A program made the position numbers and the translations under genes. The notes under the pieces are model-generated. The model did no database searches. It had not been told where the DNA came from and saw only the letters and a list, made by a program, of their open reading frames with translations. This document shows positions 1 through 7,454 of a stretch of 37,889 nucleotides of DNA, one piece after another; the first letter of the stretch is position 1, and every line of letters begins with the position of its first letter. Origin of the DNA: an uncultured Oscillospiraceae bacterium (GTDB lineage Bacteria > Bacillota > Clostridia > Oscillospirales > Oscillospiraceae). The stretch spans positions 1 to 37,889 of the forward strand of contig CAYRYT010000001.1 of NCBI GenBank assembly GCA_964428625.1, read 5' to 3'.

Positions 1-80
1 TCTTCGGGGATGGGAGCGGGGCCGTGGTAGGCACCCTTGGCCACGGTGCACATATTCTGTACTTCTGCACTGTAAATCAT
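1..80 (-). CDS. 5' part of a conserved clostridial NifU/IscU-like Fe-S scaffold-type protein (runs off the window)
   Basis: Hand translation from ATG at 80 gives MIYSAEVQNMCTVAKGAYHGPAPIPE..., an N-terminus I recognise from the clostridial family usually next to GGGtGRT genes. Consensus promoter upstream. Confidence 0.7.
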   Translation of the reverse strand, partial: MIYSAEVQNMCTVAKGAYHGPAPIPE

Positions 81-159
81 GGCAAAATTCCTTTCTTTAC
101 AAAAGACGGTTTTCCCGTCTTTGGATTTACATAGTGGAAAACCGAGATTTTCCGCATAT

Positions 160-188
160 ATTATACATGGACGAGGGGGAAATGTCAA
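160..188 (-). promoter_or_regulatory. sigma70/sigmaA promoter for the gene at 80
   Basis: Minus strand TTGACA (188-183), 17 nt, TATAAT (165-160); perfect consensus. Confidence 0.8.
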
Positions 189-225
189 TCCGCTCCCGGG
201 AAAATCGATATAAAAATATCAGTTG

Positions 226-876
226 TCAGGCCTGGATGGTCTTGACGAAGGCAGATCTGTCCTGAGCCTTGAAATAGGCCGAACCCGCCACCAGCACCTG
301 GGCACCGTTTTCCTTGCACAGGCCGCAGGTCTGGGCATCCACGCCGCCATCCACCTCCAGCAGGCACCGGGGATTGACTTCATCCAGCATAGCCCGGAGC
401 TTGCGGACCTTGGGCATCATATCCGCCATGAATTTCTGGCCGCCGAAGCCGGGCTCCACCGTCATCACCAGGACCATATCGCATTTCTCCAGGTAGGGGA
501 TGGCCGCCTCCGCCGGAGTTTTCGGCTTGAGGACGATTCCCGCCTTGCATCCCAGGGCACGGATCTTATCCAAGGCCTCCAGGGTATTCTGGGGCTGATC
601 CGCCTCCACATGAATGGTGACATAATCCGCACCCGCCCGGACAAAGTCCTCCACATAGCGCACCGGCCGGTCGATCATCAAATGCACATCCAGGGGCAGA
701 TCGGTCACGGGGCGCAGGGCCTTCACCACCGGAATGCCGATGGAAATATTGGGCACAAAGATCCCGTCCATCACATCCACATGGACAAAATCACTGCCGT
801 GATCCTCAATATCACGAATATCCCGGGCAAGATTGGCAAAATCCGCAGCCAGGATGGAAGGGGCTATTTTCGCCAT
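226..876 (-). CDS. rpe: ribulose-phosphate 3-epimerase
   Basis: IAPSILAADF, HVDVMDGIFVPNISIG, DVHLMI, MTVEPGFGGQKF and EVDGGV motifs. GGAG RBS before ATG 876. Confidence 0.96.
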   Translation of the reverse strand: MAKIAPSILAADFANLARDIRDIEDHGSDFVHVDVMDGIFVPNISIGIPVVKALRPVTDLPLDVHLMIDRPVRYVEDFVRAGADYVTIHVEADQPQNTLEALDKIRALGCKAGIVLKPKTPAEAAIPYLEKCDMVLVMTVEPGFGGQKFMADMMPKVRKLRAMLDEVNPRCLLEVDGGVDAQTCGLCKENGAQVLVAGSAYFKAQDRSAFVKTIQA

Positions 877-947
877 GGTCAACTCTCCTAACGATTTGAT
901 ACCATTAGGGTACCACAAAACCGCGAAAAAAGCAACGGCGGGCCGGG

Positions 948-976
948 GAATAGTTTGGAGATTTCCGGCCATACTA
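948..976 (+). promoter_or_regulatory. possible forespore sigmaF/sigmaG-type promoter
   Basis: GAATA (948-952), 17 nt, CATACTA (970-976) within GGCCATACTA, upstream of the DUF1540-type gene. Confidence 0.45.
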
Positions 977-1006
977 TCCCTGACTTCAAGAAAAGGAGGA
1001 ACTACC

Positions 1007-1171
1007 ATGAACGATCATGCCAACAAGAGCATTGCCTGCACCGTTTCCCAGTGCGCCCATCACTGCCAGGGCCAGAACTATTGCTCTCTGGATTCCATTC
1101 TGGTGGGCACCCACGAGTGCAACCCCACGGTGGATCAGTGCACCGACTGCAAGTCTTTCCGGAAGAAGTAA
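1007..1171 (+). CDS. small Cys-rich DUF1540-type protein
   Basis: AAGGAGG RBS; 54 aa with IxCxVxxCxHH...NYC...I.V...TDCxSF pattern. Confidence 0.85.
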   Translation: MNDHANKSIACTVSQCAHHCQGQNYCSLDSILVGTHECNPTVDQCTDCKSFRKK

Positions 1172-1180
1172 TGCCGGGAA

Positions 1181-1206
1181 CCCCTCCCCTTTCCGGGGAG
1201 GGGTTT
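1181..1206 (+). terminator. probable terminator hairpin
   Basis: CCCCTCCCC-tttcc-GGGGAGGGG followed by TTT, just after the stop. Confidence 0.55.
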
Positions 1207-1216
1207 GCGCCGCCCC

Positions 1217-1245
1217 TTGACAAGGCCGCCGCCCTGTGATACCAT
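1217..1245 (+). promoter_or_regulatory. sigma70 promoter with extended -10
   Basis: TTGACA (1217-1222), 17 nt, TGn-TACCAT (1240-1245). Confidence 0.65.
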
Positions 1246-1278
1246 CGACCCAGAAACAGGCGGGAAGGAGCGCATACC

Positions 1279-1737
1279 ATGGATCACAGCAAGAAAGCCG
1301 GAGAACTATTCTGCCAGGGCTATAACTGCGCCCAGGCGGTGGTGGTCGCCTTCTGCGATGTCACCGGTCTGACACCGGACTACGCTGCCCGGCTGGCCTC
1401 CTCCTTCGGCGGGGGCATGGGCCGGATGCGGGAGGTCTGCGGCGCTGTCAGCGGAATGCTCCTGGTGGCGGGGCTGCTCTATGGCTACGACACCCCGGGG
1501 GATGACACCGCCAAAAAGGCCCACTATACCCTGGTTCAGAATCTCGCCGGGGAATTCCGGAACTGCCACGGTAGCATGATCTGCCGGGAGATCCTGAAAA
1601 ATCCACCCTCCGACCCCAATCCTACGCCCCGCACGGCGGATTTCTATGCCCGGCGTCCCTGCGCCTGGATGGTCATGTCCGCCGCCGGGATTCTGGATAC
1701 CTACATTGCCGCCCATCCCCTTCCCCAAAAACCATAA
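1279..1737 (+). CDS. C-GCAxxG-C-C family putative redox-active protein
   Basis: GYNCAQAV, SFGGGMG, VCGAVSG, GSMICREI and RPC motifs; AAGGAG RBS. Confidence 0.9.
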   Translation: MDHSKKAGELFCQGYNCAQAVVVAFCDVTGLTPDYAARLASSFGGGMGRMREVCGAVSGMLLVAGLLYGYDTPGDDTAKKAHYTLVQNLAGEFRNCHGSMICREILKNPPSDPNPTPRTADFYARRPCAWMVMSAAGILDTYIAAHPLPQKP

Positions 1738-1827
1738 AAACGCCTGGTCCCGAATGCTATGTGGTCGTAAAACAGTAAAAGTGAACTGGCAAAATATTCA
1801 GAAAAACTTGATTTTATGGAGGAAACA

Positions 1828-2277
1828 ATGATTGAGATAAAGCGACTGAATGTAGAACATGTGCGTCAGATTATGCTGTTTGATAAAACTTGTTTTCCGA
1901 CTGATTTTTGGAAAGAAGAAGACTGGAAAGAACTTCTGGCAGATCCAAGAGCAATTTATTACGCTCTGCTTGACGGAGAAGAAATTGTAGGAGATGTTTT
2001 TATTTACAATTGGAAAGGCGAAAGAGACTACATAAAGATTATGAACATTGCGGTTCATGCTGATTACAGAAATCGTGGTTTGGCGCATAAGTTACTAAAT
2101 TATGTGGCAACAGAAATGAAGAAGATAGGTATGCATCGTTTTTGCGGCGAAACAAGAGCATCAAATCATGCAATGCAACATGTTTTTGCAAACTGTGGTT
2201 ACATATTAAACATGATTGAAGAGGATTATTATGATAATCCCAATGAAAGCGCCTATAAGTATGTTTTGCAAATATAA
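1828..2277 (+). CDS. GNAT N-acetyltransferase (RimI-like)
   Basis: GGAGG RBS before ATG 1828; acetyl-CoA motif IAVHADYRNRGLA and ETRASNHAMQHVF...GY...DYY. Confidence 0.9.
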   Translation: MIEIKRLNVEHVRQIMLFDKTCFPTDFWKEEDWKELLADPRAIYYALLDGEEIVGDVFIYNWKGERDYIKIMNIAVHADYRNRGLAHKLLNYVATEMKKIGMHRFCGETRASNHAMQHVFANCGYILNMIEEDYYDNPNESAYKYVLQI

Positions 2278-2409
2278 CAGCAGTGTGTTTGGCGAATTTC
2301 CATTTATCAAACAGGAATTGCGCACCTCTATACACCTTCGCATGTGGCGTATTAGGTGAGGTGCTTGACTCCCCTATGAAGGAGTCAAGGCTGCGGACTT
2401 TGCCAGATT

Positions 2410-2459
2410 AAAACAGTTTGTGGAGCGTATCAATGCCGATACGCTCCACAAACTGTTTT
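2410..2459. repeat. perfect 22-bp inverted repeat (bidirectional terminator or REP-like)
   Basis: AAAACAGTTTGTGGAGCGTATC-aatgcc-GATACGCTCCACAAACTGTTTT; core shared with 30629-30666. Confidence 0.9.
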
Positions 2460-2504
2460 TTGAACACCCACCTAAATGGGATCAGGCGTTTTATGACAGA
2501 GGTC

Positions 2505-2738
2505 TCAGATGCTGAATGCAACCAGCACAACATCCTTGCCCAGCTTGGCAGAGAGCAGCTTCTCCAGCTCGGTGATCTTGGCCAGTGCTTCCCCATCCTG
2601 GTCCAGCTCAGCGAACTTCACAGGGCTGTAGGCCACCAGGGAAACATCCTTGCCGGTCTTGGCGGTGAGCTCCTGCTCCAGCGCGGTGATAGAATTCAGC
2701 AGATCTTCCCGGCCGTTGAGATTGGTAAAAGTATTCAT
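2505..2738 (-). CDS. 77-aa hypothetical protein made of two tandem ~36-aa repeats
   Basis: AAGGAG RBS and TTGCTT-17-TGn-TATAAT promoter (2798-2770). Repeats ITALEQELTAKTGKDVSLVAYS and ITELEKLLSAKLGKDVVLVAFS. Confidence 0.8.
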   Translation of the reverse strand: MNTFTNLNGREDLLNSITALEQELTAKTGKDVSLVAYSPVKFAELDQDGEALAKITELEKLLSAKLGKDVVLVAFSI

Positions 2739-2809
2739 GGTTTTTCTCCTTATATCTTGGGATTCGGTGATTATAGCATACAGCAGGAAAAAAAGCAACC
2801 AAAAAACCG

Positions 2810-2838
2810 TTGCCATTCGGCACTTTTTGTGGTAGGAT
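2810..2838 (+). promoter_or_regulatory. promoter of the cob operon leader
   Basis: TTGCCA (2810-2815), 17 nt, TGn-TAGGAT (2833-2838), immediately before the riboswitch. Confidence 0.6.
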
Positions 2839-2857
2839 AGGGCTAAAAAACGCATCT

Positions 2858-2994
2858 GCCACGGTATCCTTTGGAATGGGGAAATCTCAACGGTACCAAG
2901 CCGCCGTATCGGGCAGGCAGCCGTGCGTCCCATTGGGTAATTCCCGAGAAGGGCCGCACATGAAGGCGCCCGGAGTCGGAATACAGGCCGTGAC
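2858..2994 (+). ncRNA. cobalamin riboswitch (compact variant)
   Basis: GGAA-TGGGG-AAAT-CTCA, GCCGCCGTA, CCATTGGG...CCGAGAAGG and B12-box-like AGTCGGAATAC. P1 CACGG/CCGTG. Lies upstream of cob genes with a terminator downstream. Confidence 0.8.
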
Positions 2995-3047
2995 GGAAAG
3001 CCCGGGACTCTTGGGGGGCTGTCCTAGGCGGCTTTGCCATGCCCTTT

Positions 3048-3070
3048 GCCCTCGAAAGAGGGCTTTTTTT
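3048..3070 (+). terminator. riboswitch attenuator terminator
   Basis: GCCCTC-GAAA-GAGGGC-TTTTTTT in the leader. Confidence 0.85.
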
Positions 3071-3087
3071 CTTTGTCAGGAGGGATT

Positions 3088-3840
3088 ATGCGAAAAGAAC
3101 AATGCTACTTATCCACCATCGATCCCCAGGCCCATACCCTGGCCGCCGCCCATGGACTGGGATTGGAGATTGCCGAATTCTGCACGGCTTGGAATATGGA
3201 TCGGGAGCTTCCCGCCACCGACCGGCTGGTGCGGGAGAAGATCGCCGCCGTTCCCCGGCGGCTCCTCCACGGGCCCTTCAATGAGCTTTTTCCCTGCGCC
3301 ATCGATCCCAAAGCCCGGGAGCTGGCTGCCTTCCGCTACCGCCAGGCCCTGAACCTGGCCCGGGAATACGGTGGAGAAAAGGTGATCCTCCACGGCGGTT
3401 TCCACCCCCGGAGCTATTATCCCCAATGGTATATCCAGGAATCCATCGCCTTCTGGCGGGAGTTTCTGGTTCAGGAACCTCCGGTGACCATTGTGCTGGA
3501 AAATGTTATGGAGGAAGAGGCCGGCTGGCTGGTGGAGATCGTCCGGGCCGTGGATCACCCCAAACTGCGGCTGTGCCTGGATGTGGGTCATGTCAATGCC
3601 TATTCCCGGGAGCCGGTGATGGCATGGCTGACCCAATGGGCACCCTGGCTGGATCATTTCCACATCCACAACAACGACGGCTCCTGGGACACCCATGATG
3701 CTCCGGGCCGGGGAACCATTCCCATGGTTTCCCTTCTGACCCGGGCCGGGGAGCTGTGCCCCCAGGCAATCTTCACTCTGGAACTGCCCAATGCCCAGGC
3801 GGGAATTCAATGGATGGAGGAACAAGCCCTATGGAATTAA
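3088..3840 (+). CDS. AP endonuclease 2 / xylose-isomerase-like TIM-barrel metalloenzyme; candidate CbiR-like cobamide-remodelling phosphodiesterase
   Basis: LHGPF, ILHGG, LENV, CLDVGH, HFHIHNNDGSWDTH and TLE metal motifs. GGAGG RBS. First gene after a B12 riboswitch and overlaps the cobT start. The fold is well supported; the CbiR function is inferred. Confidence 0.8.
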   Translation: MRKEQCYLSTIDPQAHTLAAAHGLGLEIAEFCTAWNMDRELPATDRLVREKIAAVPRRLLHGPFNELFPCAIDPKARELAAFRYRQALNLAREYGGEKVILHGGFHPRSYYPQWYIQESIAFWREFLVQEPPVTIVLENVMEEEAGWLVEIVRAVDHPKLRLCLDVGHVNAYSREPVMAWLTQWAPWLDHFHIHNNDGSWDTHDAPGRGTIPMVSLLTRAGELCPQAIFTLELPNAQAGIQWMEEQALWN

Positions 3841-4919
3841 CGGAAATGCTGGCGCAGATCCGCCCTCTGGATCAGGCGGCCATGGCTGCCGCCCGGGCAC
3901 GCCAGGCCCAGCTGGCCAAACCCCCGGGAAGTCTGGGACGGCTGGAAGATCTGTCAGTCCAGCTGGCGGGCATCACGGGAAATGTCCACAACACTATGGC
4001 CCGGCAGCATCTGCTGGTCTTTGCCGCAGACAACGGGGTCGTGGCCGAAGGGGTGTCCAGTTCCCCCCAGTCCGTGACCCTGAGCCAAAGCGTCAACCTG
4101 ACCCGGGCCAAAACCGGTGCTTCCACCCTCTGCGCCCATTTTGGTGCCGGCATCACCGTCTGCGATGTGGGCATCAACGGTCAGCTCCCCCCCTGCCCCG
4201 TTTTGAACCGGAAAATCGCCTGGGGGACAGGGAACATTGCCCAGGGCCCGGCCATGACCCGGGACCAGGCCATCCGGGCCATCACCACCGGCTTTCAGCT
4301 GGCGGTGGATACCCCGGCGGATGTGCTGGGAATCGGAGAAATGGGCATCGGCAACACCACCACCTCCGCGGCGGTGCTGGCTGTTCTGCTGGACGCGGAG
4401 GTGGAGGCCGTCACCGGTCGGGGCGGCGGCATCACGGACGAGAGCTTCCGGCGAAAAAAAGCCGTCATTGCCCAAGCCATCCGGCAAAACCGCCCGGATC
4501 CCGGGGATGCGGTGGATGTGCTGGCCAAGGTGGGCGGCTTCGACCTGGCGGCCATGTGCGGTGCCTTCCTGGGTGCCGCGGCCAGCCATCGGCCCGTGGT
4601 CATCGACGGGCTGATCTCCGCCGCCGCGGCCCTGTGCGCCGCTCGACTGTGTCCGGGGGTGGAGGGCTATTTTGTGGCCAGCCACGCCTCGTTTGAGATT
4701 GGTTACCGCCTTGCCATGGAGGCGCTGGGACTGCAGCCCCTTTTCGACCTGGGTATGCGCCTGGGTGAGGGTAGCGGCTGTCCCCTGGCCTTCCAGGTGC
4801 TGGAGGCCGCCTGTGCCGTGATCAACGACATGGCCACCTTCGACCAGGCAGGCATCGATGACGGCTATCTGGAGGAAATTCGCCAGGGGGACAAATTCAC
4901 CGTGGAGGGCCGGCCATGA
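3831..4919 (+). CDS. cobT: nicotinate-nucleotide--dimethylbenzimidazole phosphoribosyltransferase
   Basis: LAKPPGSLGRLE, VFAADNGV, GEMGIGNTT, IDGLIS and LGMRLGEGSG motifs. Confidence 0.96.
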   Translation: MELTEMLAQIRPLDQAAMAAARARQAQLAKPPGSLGRLEDLSVQLAGITGNVHNTMARQHLLVFAADNGVVAEGVSSSPQSVTLSQSVNLTRAKTGASTLCAHFGAGITVCDVGINGQLPPCPVLNRKIAWGTGNIAQGPAMTRDQAIRAITTGFQLAVDTPADVLGIGEMGIGNTTTSAAVLAVLLDAEVEAVTGRGGGITDESFRRKKAVIAQAIRQNRPDPGDAVDVLAKVGGFDLAAMCGAFLGAAASHRPVVIDGLISAAAALCAARLCPGVEGYFVASHASFEIGYRLAMEALGLQPLFDLGMRLGEGSGCPLAFQVLEAACAVINDMATFDQAGIDDGYLEEIRQGDKFTVEGRP

Positions 4920-5452
4920 CTATTTTTATTTCCGGCGGTGCCAAAAACGGCAAATCCACCCTGGCTCAGGATCTGACCCTGGCCCTGGCCGGGGGCGGAA
5001 CGCGGTACTATGTGGCCACCATGATCTCCACTGGCCCGGAGGATGACGCGCGGATCCTGCGGCACATTGCCGACCGGGCGGGCATGGGCTTTCAGACCCT
5101 GGAATGCCCCAGGCACATTCTCCCCCTGGCGGAGCTTCCCGGGACCTTTCTGGTGGACAGTGTCACCGCTCTGATGCAAAATGCCCTGTTCCCCGTGGAG
5201 GCAGATTACGAAATGGATCTGGAGGCGGCCCGGCGGTGCGGCGATGAGCTGGTTGCCTTTGCGAAGCGGGTCCCCAACGCCGTATTTGTCAGCGACTACA
5301 TCGGCTCCGACGGGGAACGCTACGCTCCCACCACGGAGACCTACCGCCGCCTCCTGGCCCGGGTGGACCGCCGTCTGGCGGCGGTGTGCGATACGGTGAT
5401 CGAGGTCTGCGCAGGGCAAGCCACGGTATTTAAGGGAGAGCTGAAACTATGA
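4916..5452 (+). CDS. cobU: adenosylcobinamide kinase / cobinamide-phosphate guanylyltransferase
   Basis: P-loop GGAKNGKS, YVATM, RIxxHxxxR with the guanylylation His, VDSVT. Confidence 0.9.
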   Translation: MTIFISGGAKNGKSTLAQDLTLALAGGGTRYYVATMISTGPEDDARILRHIADRAGMGFQTLECPRHILPLAELPGTFLVDSVTALMQNALFPVEADYEMDLEAARRCGDELVAFAKRVPNAVFVSDYIGSDGERYAPTTETYRRLLARVDRRLAAVCDTVIEVCAGQATVFKGELKL

Positions 5453-6183
5453 AGCAATATTTCCACGCCTTTTGTATGTGCCAGAGTATGTTCTGTGCCC
5501 TGCCGGCACCCCAGGTCTGGGACGAGGAGGCCCGGGGGAAGATGCTCCTGTTCCTGCCCCTGGTGGGGCTGGAAATGGGCCTGGGCTGGGCCGGTATGAG
5601 CTGGCTGTGCCAATTTCTGGCTCTTCCCCGGCTGATATCCGCCCTGGTGCTGGCCCTTTACCCCTACCTGGTCACCGGCTACCTCCACCTGGACGGCTTT
5701 ATGGATGTGACCGATGCCGTGCGGTCCTGGCGGGATCTGGACCGTCGCCGGGAGATCCTGAAGGATTCCCATGTGGGCAGCTTTGCGGTGATTTCCCTGG
5801 CCCTGGTGTGCCTGGCCCAGTTTGCCTGTGCCGCCAGCCTCCCCCAGGGGAAGCACACCATGCTGATCCTCATTCCGGCGGTGAGCCGGTGCTGCTCCGC
5901 CCTGGCGGTGACGGTGCTGAAGCCCATGGCCACCAGCCAATACGCCGCCACCACCCGTCCCAGAGGCCATGTGCCGGTTTTGCTGGGGCTTCTGGCCCTG
6001 TTCCTGACCCTGGGCTTCCTGCTGGGGCGGTGGGACGGTCTGGCCCTGATCGGATGTCTGGTGGGCTACGCCCTGGCCCTGGGCCGGGGATACCGCTCCC
6101 TGGAAGGAATGAACGGCGACATCGCAGGCTACGCCCTGACCATCGGGGAGCTGTGTGCCCTGGCGGTTTACGCATTGGTATAA
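5449..6183 (+). CDS. cobS: cobalamin synthase (adenosylcobinamide-GDP ribazoletransferase)
   Basis: TGYLHLDGFMDVTDA, ILKDSHVGSFA and GMNGDIAG motifs; hydrophobic membrane protein. Confidence 0.95.
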   Translation: MKQYFHAFCMCQSMFCALPAPQVWDEEARGKMLLFLPLVGLEMGLGWAGMSWLCQFLALPRLISALVLALYPYLVTGYLHLDGFMDVTDAVRSWRDLDRRREILKDSHVGSFAVISLALVCLAQFACAASLPQGKHTMLILIPAVSRCCSALAVTVLKPMATSQYAATTRPRGHVPVLLGLLALFLTLGFLLGRWDGLALIGCLVGYALALGRGYRSLEGMNGDIAGYALTIGELCALAVYALV

Positions 6184-6193
6184 GGAGGATACT

Positions 6194-6556
6194 ATGATTT
6201 TGATTATCGGCGGTGCTTACCAGGGAAAGCTGGATTTCGCCCGGGAGGCTTTCTCCCTGACGGAGGAAGATATCTTCCCCTGTCACGGCCCGGAAATTGA
6301 TTTTTCCCGAAAATGTATCTGCCAGCTGGAGGAATTCACCCGCCGCGCCCAGGATCCCCTGGCCTACTTTCAGGCGCATCGGGCAGACTGGCAGGGCAGC
6401 ATTCTGATCCTGGAGGATATTTTCTGCGGGGTGGTGCCCATGGGCCGGGAGAACCGGGCCTGGCGGCAAAAGACCGGCCGGTTGGCCCAGTATCTCAGTC
6501 GGGAGGCCACCCAGGTCAGCCGGATCTTCTGCGGATTGGAGCAGCGGCTGAAATGA
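6194..6556 (+). CDS. short CobU-like P-loop protein
   Basis: AAGGAGG RBS; IIGGAYQGK and DIFCGVVP...RAWR..TGRL...A..V.RIFCG pattern of the short clostridial CobU paralogue. Confidence 0.85.
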   Translation: MILIIGGAYQGKLDFAREAFSLTEEDIFPCHGPEIDFSRKCICQLEEFTRRAQDPLAYFQAHRADWQGSILILEDIFCGVVPMGRENRAWRQKTGRLAQYLSREATQVSRIFCGLEQRLK

Positions 6557-7092
6557 GTATCCTTCTGATCCGCCATGGAATGACCCCGGCCAACGAATCC
6601 CACCTCTACTGCGGCAGCACGGACCTGCCCCTGTCCCCCAGAGGGAAATCCCAGTTGGAGGCTCTGTCCTATCCCCTTCCCTCGGGCCCGTTTTTCACCA
6701 GCGGAATGCGCCGGGCCAACGAAACCCTGGCGATTCTCTTCGGACCCGTTGCCTACACCGTTGATCCCCGGTTCCGGGAGGTGGATTTCGGCATTTTCGA
6801 AATGAAAAGCTATGCCCAGCTGAAGGACGACCCGGCCTACCAGACCTGGCTCACCGGGGATAACGAGGCAAATATCCCGCCCCAGGGGGAAAGCGGTGCC
6901 CAAATGACTGCCCGGGCCCTGGATGCCTTCCACCAATTGCCAGCGGATGCGGTGGTGGTGACCCACGGCGGTGTCATCGCCGCCATTATGGCGGCTCTTT
7001 TCCCCGACGAGGGAAAGAACCGTTATCAATGGCAGCCCCAGCCGGGCCACGGTTACCGGCTGGAACCGGGAAAATACAGCCAAATTCCATAA
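6553..7092 (+). CDS. cobC: histidine phosphatase, probable alpha-ribazole/adenosylcobalamin phosphatase
   Basis: RHG, EVDFGIFE, GES and VTHGGVI motifs; last gene of the cob operon. Confidence 0.85.
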   Translation: MSILLIRHGMTPANESHLYCGSTDLPLSPRGKSQLEALSYPLPSGPFFTSGMRRANETLAILFGPVAYTVDPRFREVDFGIFEMKSYAQLKDDPAYQTWLTGDNEANIPPQGESGAQMTARALDAFHQLPADAVVVTHGGVIAAIMAALFPDEGKNRYQWQPQPGHGYRLEPGKYSQIP

Positions 7093-7098
7093 AATCCG

Positions 7099-7127
7099 TT
7101 GACCTTTCCAAGTCTGTGTGCTATACT
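7099..7127 (+). promoter_or_regulatory. sigma70 promoter for the tandem riboswitch leader
   Basis: TTGACC, 17 nt, TGn-TATACT. Confidence 0.75.
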
Positions 7128-7141
7128 ATACGAAACGGAAT

Positions 7142-7341
7142 ATGGCACAGTGGCAATGCGACCGTAACGGCCTTCCGGCCAGGCGCAACGCTTAAAAAGG
7201 GAATGGGGTACAAGCCCCGCATGAACCAATACCGTGGGCATCGAGAGACTTCTTCGTTGGCGAAAGCCAGTCATTGGGGGCACCTGAGAAGGCAGAAGAA
7301 GATCTCGCCGGAGATGCGAGTCGGGAGAACTACTGCGCCGT
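7142..7341 (+). ncRNA. cobalamin riboswitch (first of tandem pair)
   Basis: AAAAGGGAA-TGGGG-TACAAG-CCCCG, ATACCGTG, GTCATTGGG...CCTGAGAAGG and GAGTCGGGAGAACT. P1 GGCACAGTGG/CTACTGCGCC. Confidence 0.85.
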
Positions 7342-7356
7342 GCAATATGCATCGAG

Positions 7357-7414
7357 AATGGTTACGAGGATATTGCGCCCTTTTTGGGGCGTATCCCGTA
7401 ACCATTTTTTGTTT
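7357..7414 (+). terminator. attenuator terminator of riboswitch 1
   Basis: AATGGTTACG...CGTAACCATT stem with inner GCGCCC/GGGCGT pairing, followed by a T-tract. Confidence 0.8.
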
Positions 7415-7454
7415 ATCCCCGCCGGGGAACCGGCGGTATCCTATATCCGGCTTA

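Larger units (their letters stand above)
1757..2474. mobile_element. non-autonomous AT-rich insertion (GNAT cassette) in a terminator loop
   Basis: Flanked by AATG direct repeat (1753-1756, 2475-2478). Outer flanks AAAACGCCTGGTCCC (1737-1751) and GGGATCAGGCGTTTT (2478-2492) are the two arms of one hairpin. Imperfect terminal inverted repeats. Hand count: 21/60 G+C in line 1861 versus 45/60 in line 1381. No transposase inside. Confidence 0.75.

Noticed and set aside
2300-2360. Possible group II intron domain V/VI remnant on the minus strand (GGTGTATAGAGGTGCG)
   Set aside because: Only a loose resemblance; no catalytic-triad domain V hairpin and no RT gene.
2460-2478. Promoter formed at a hypothetical circle junction of the GNAT cassette
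   Set aside because: A TTGAAC -35-like box is present, but joining the ends gives no acceptable -10 at 16-18 bp.
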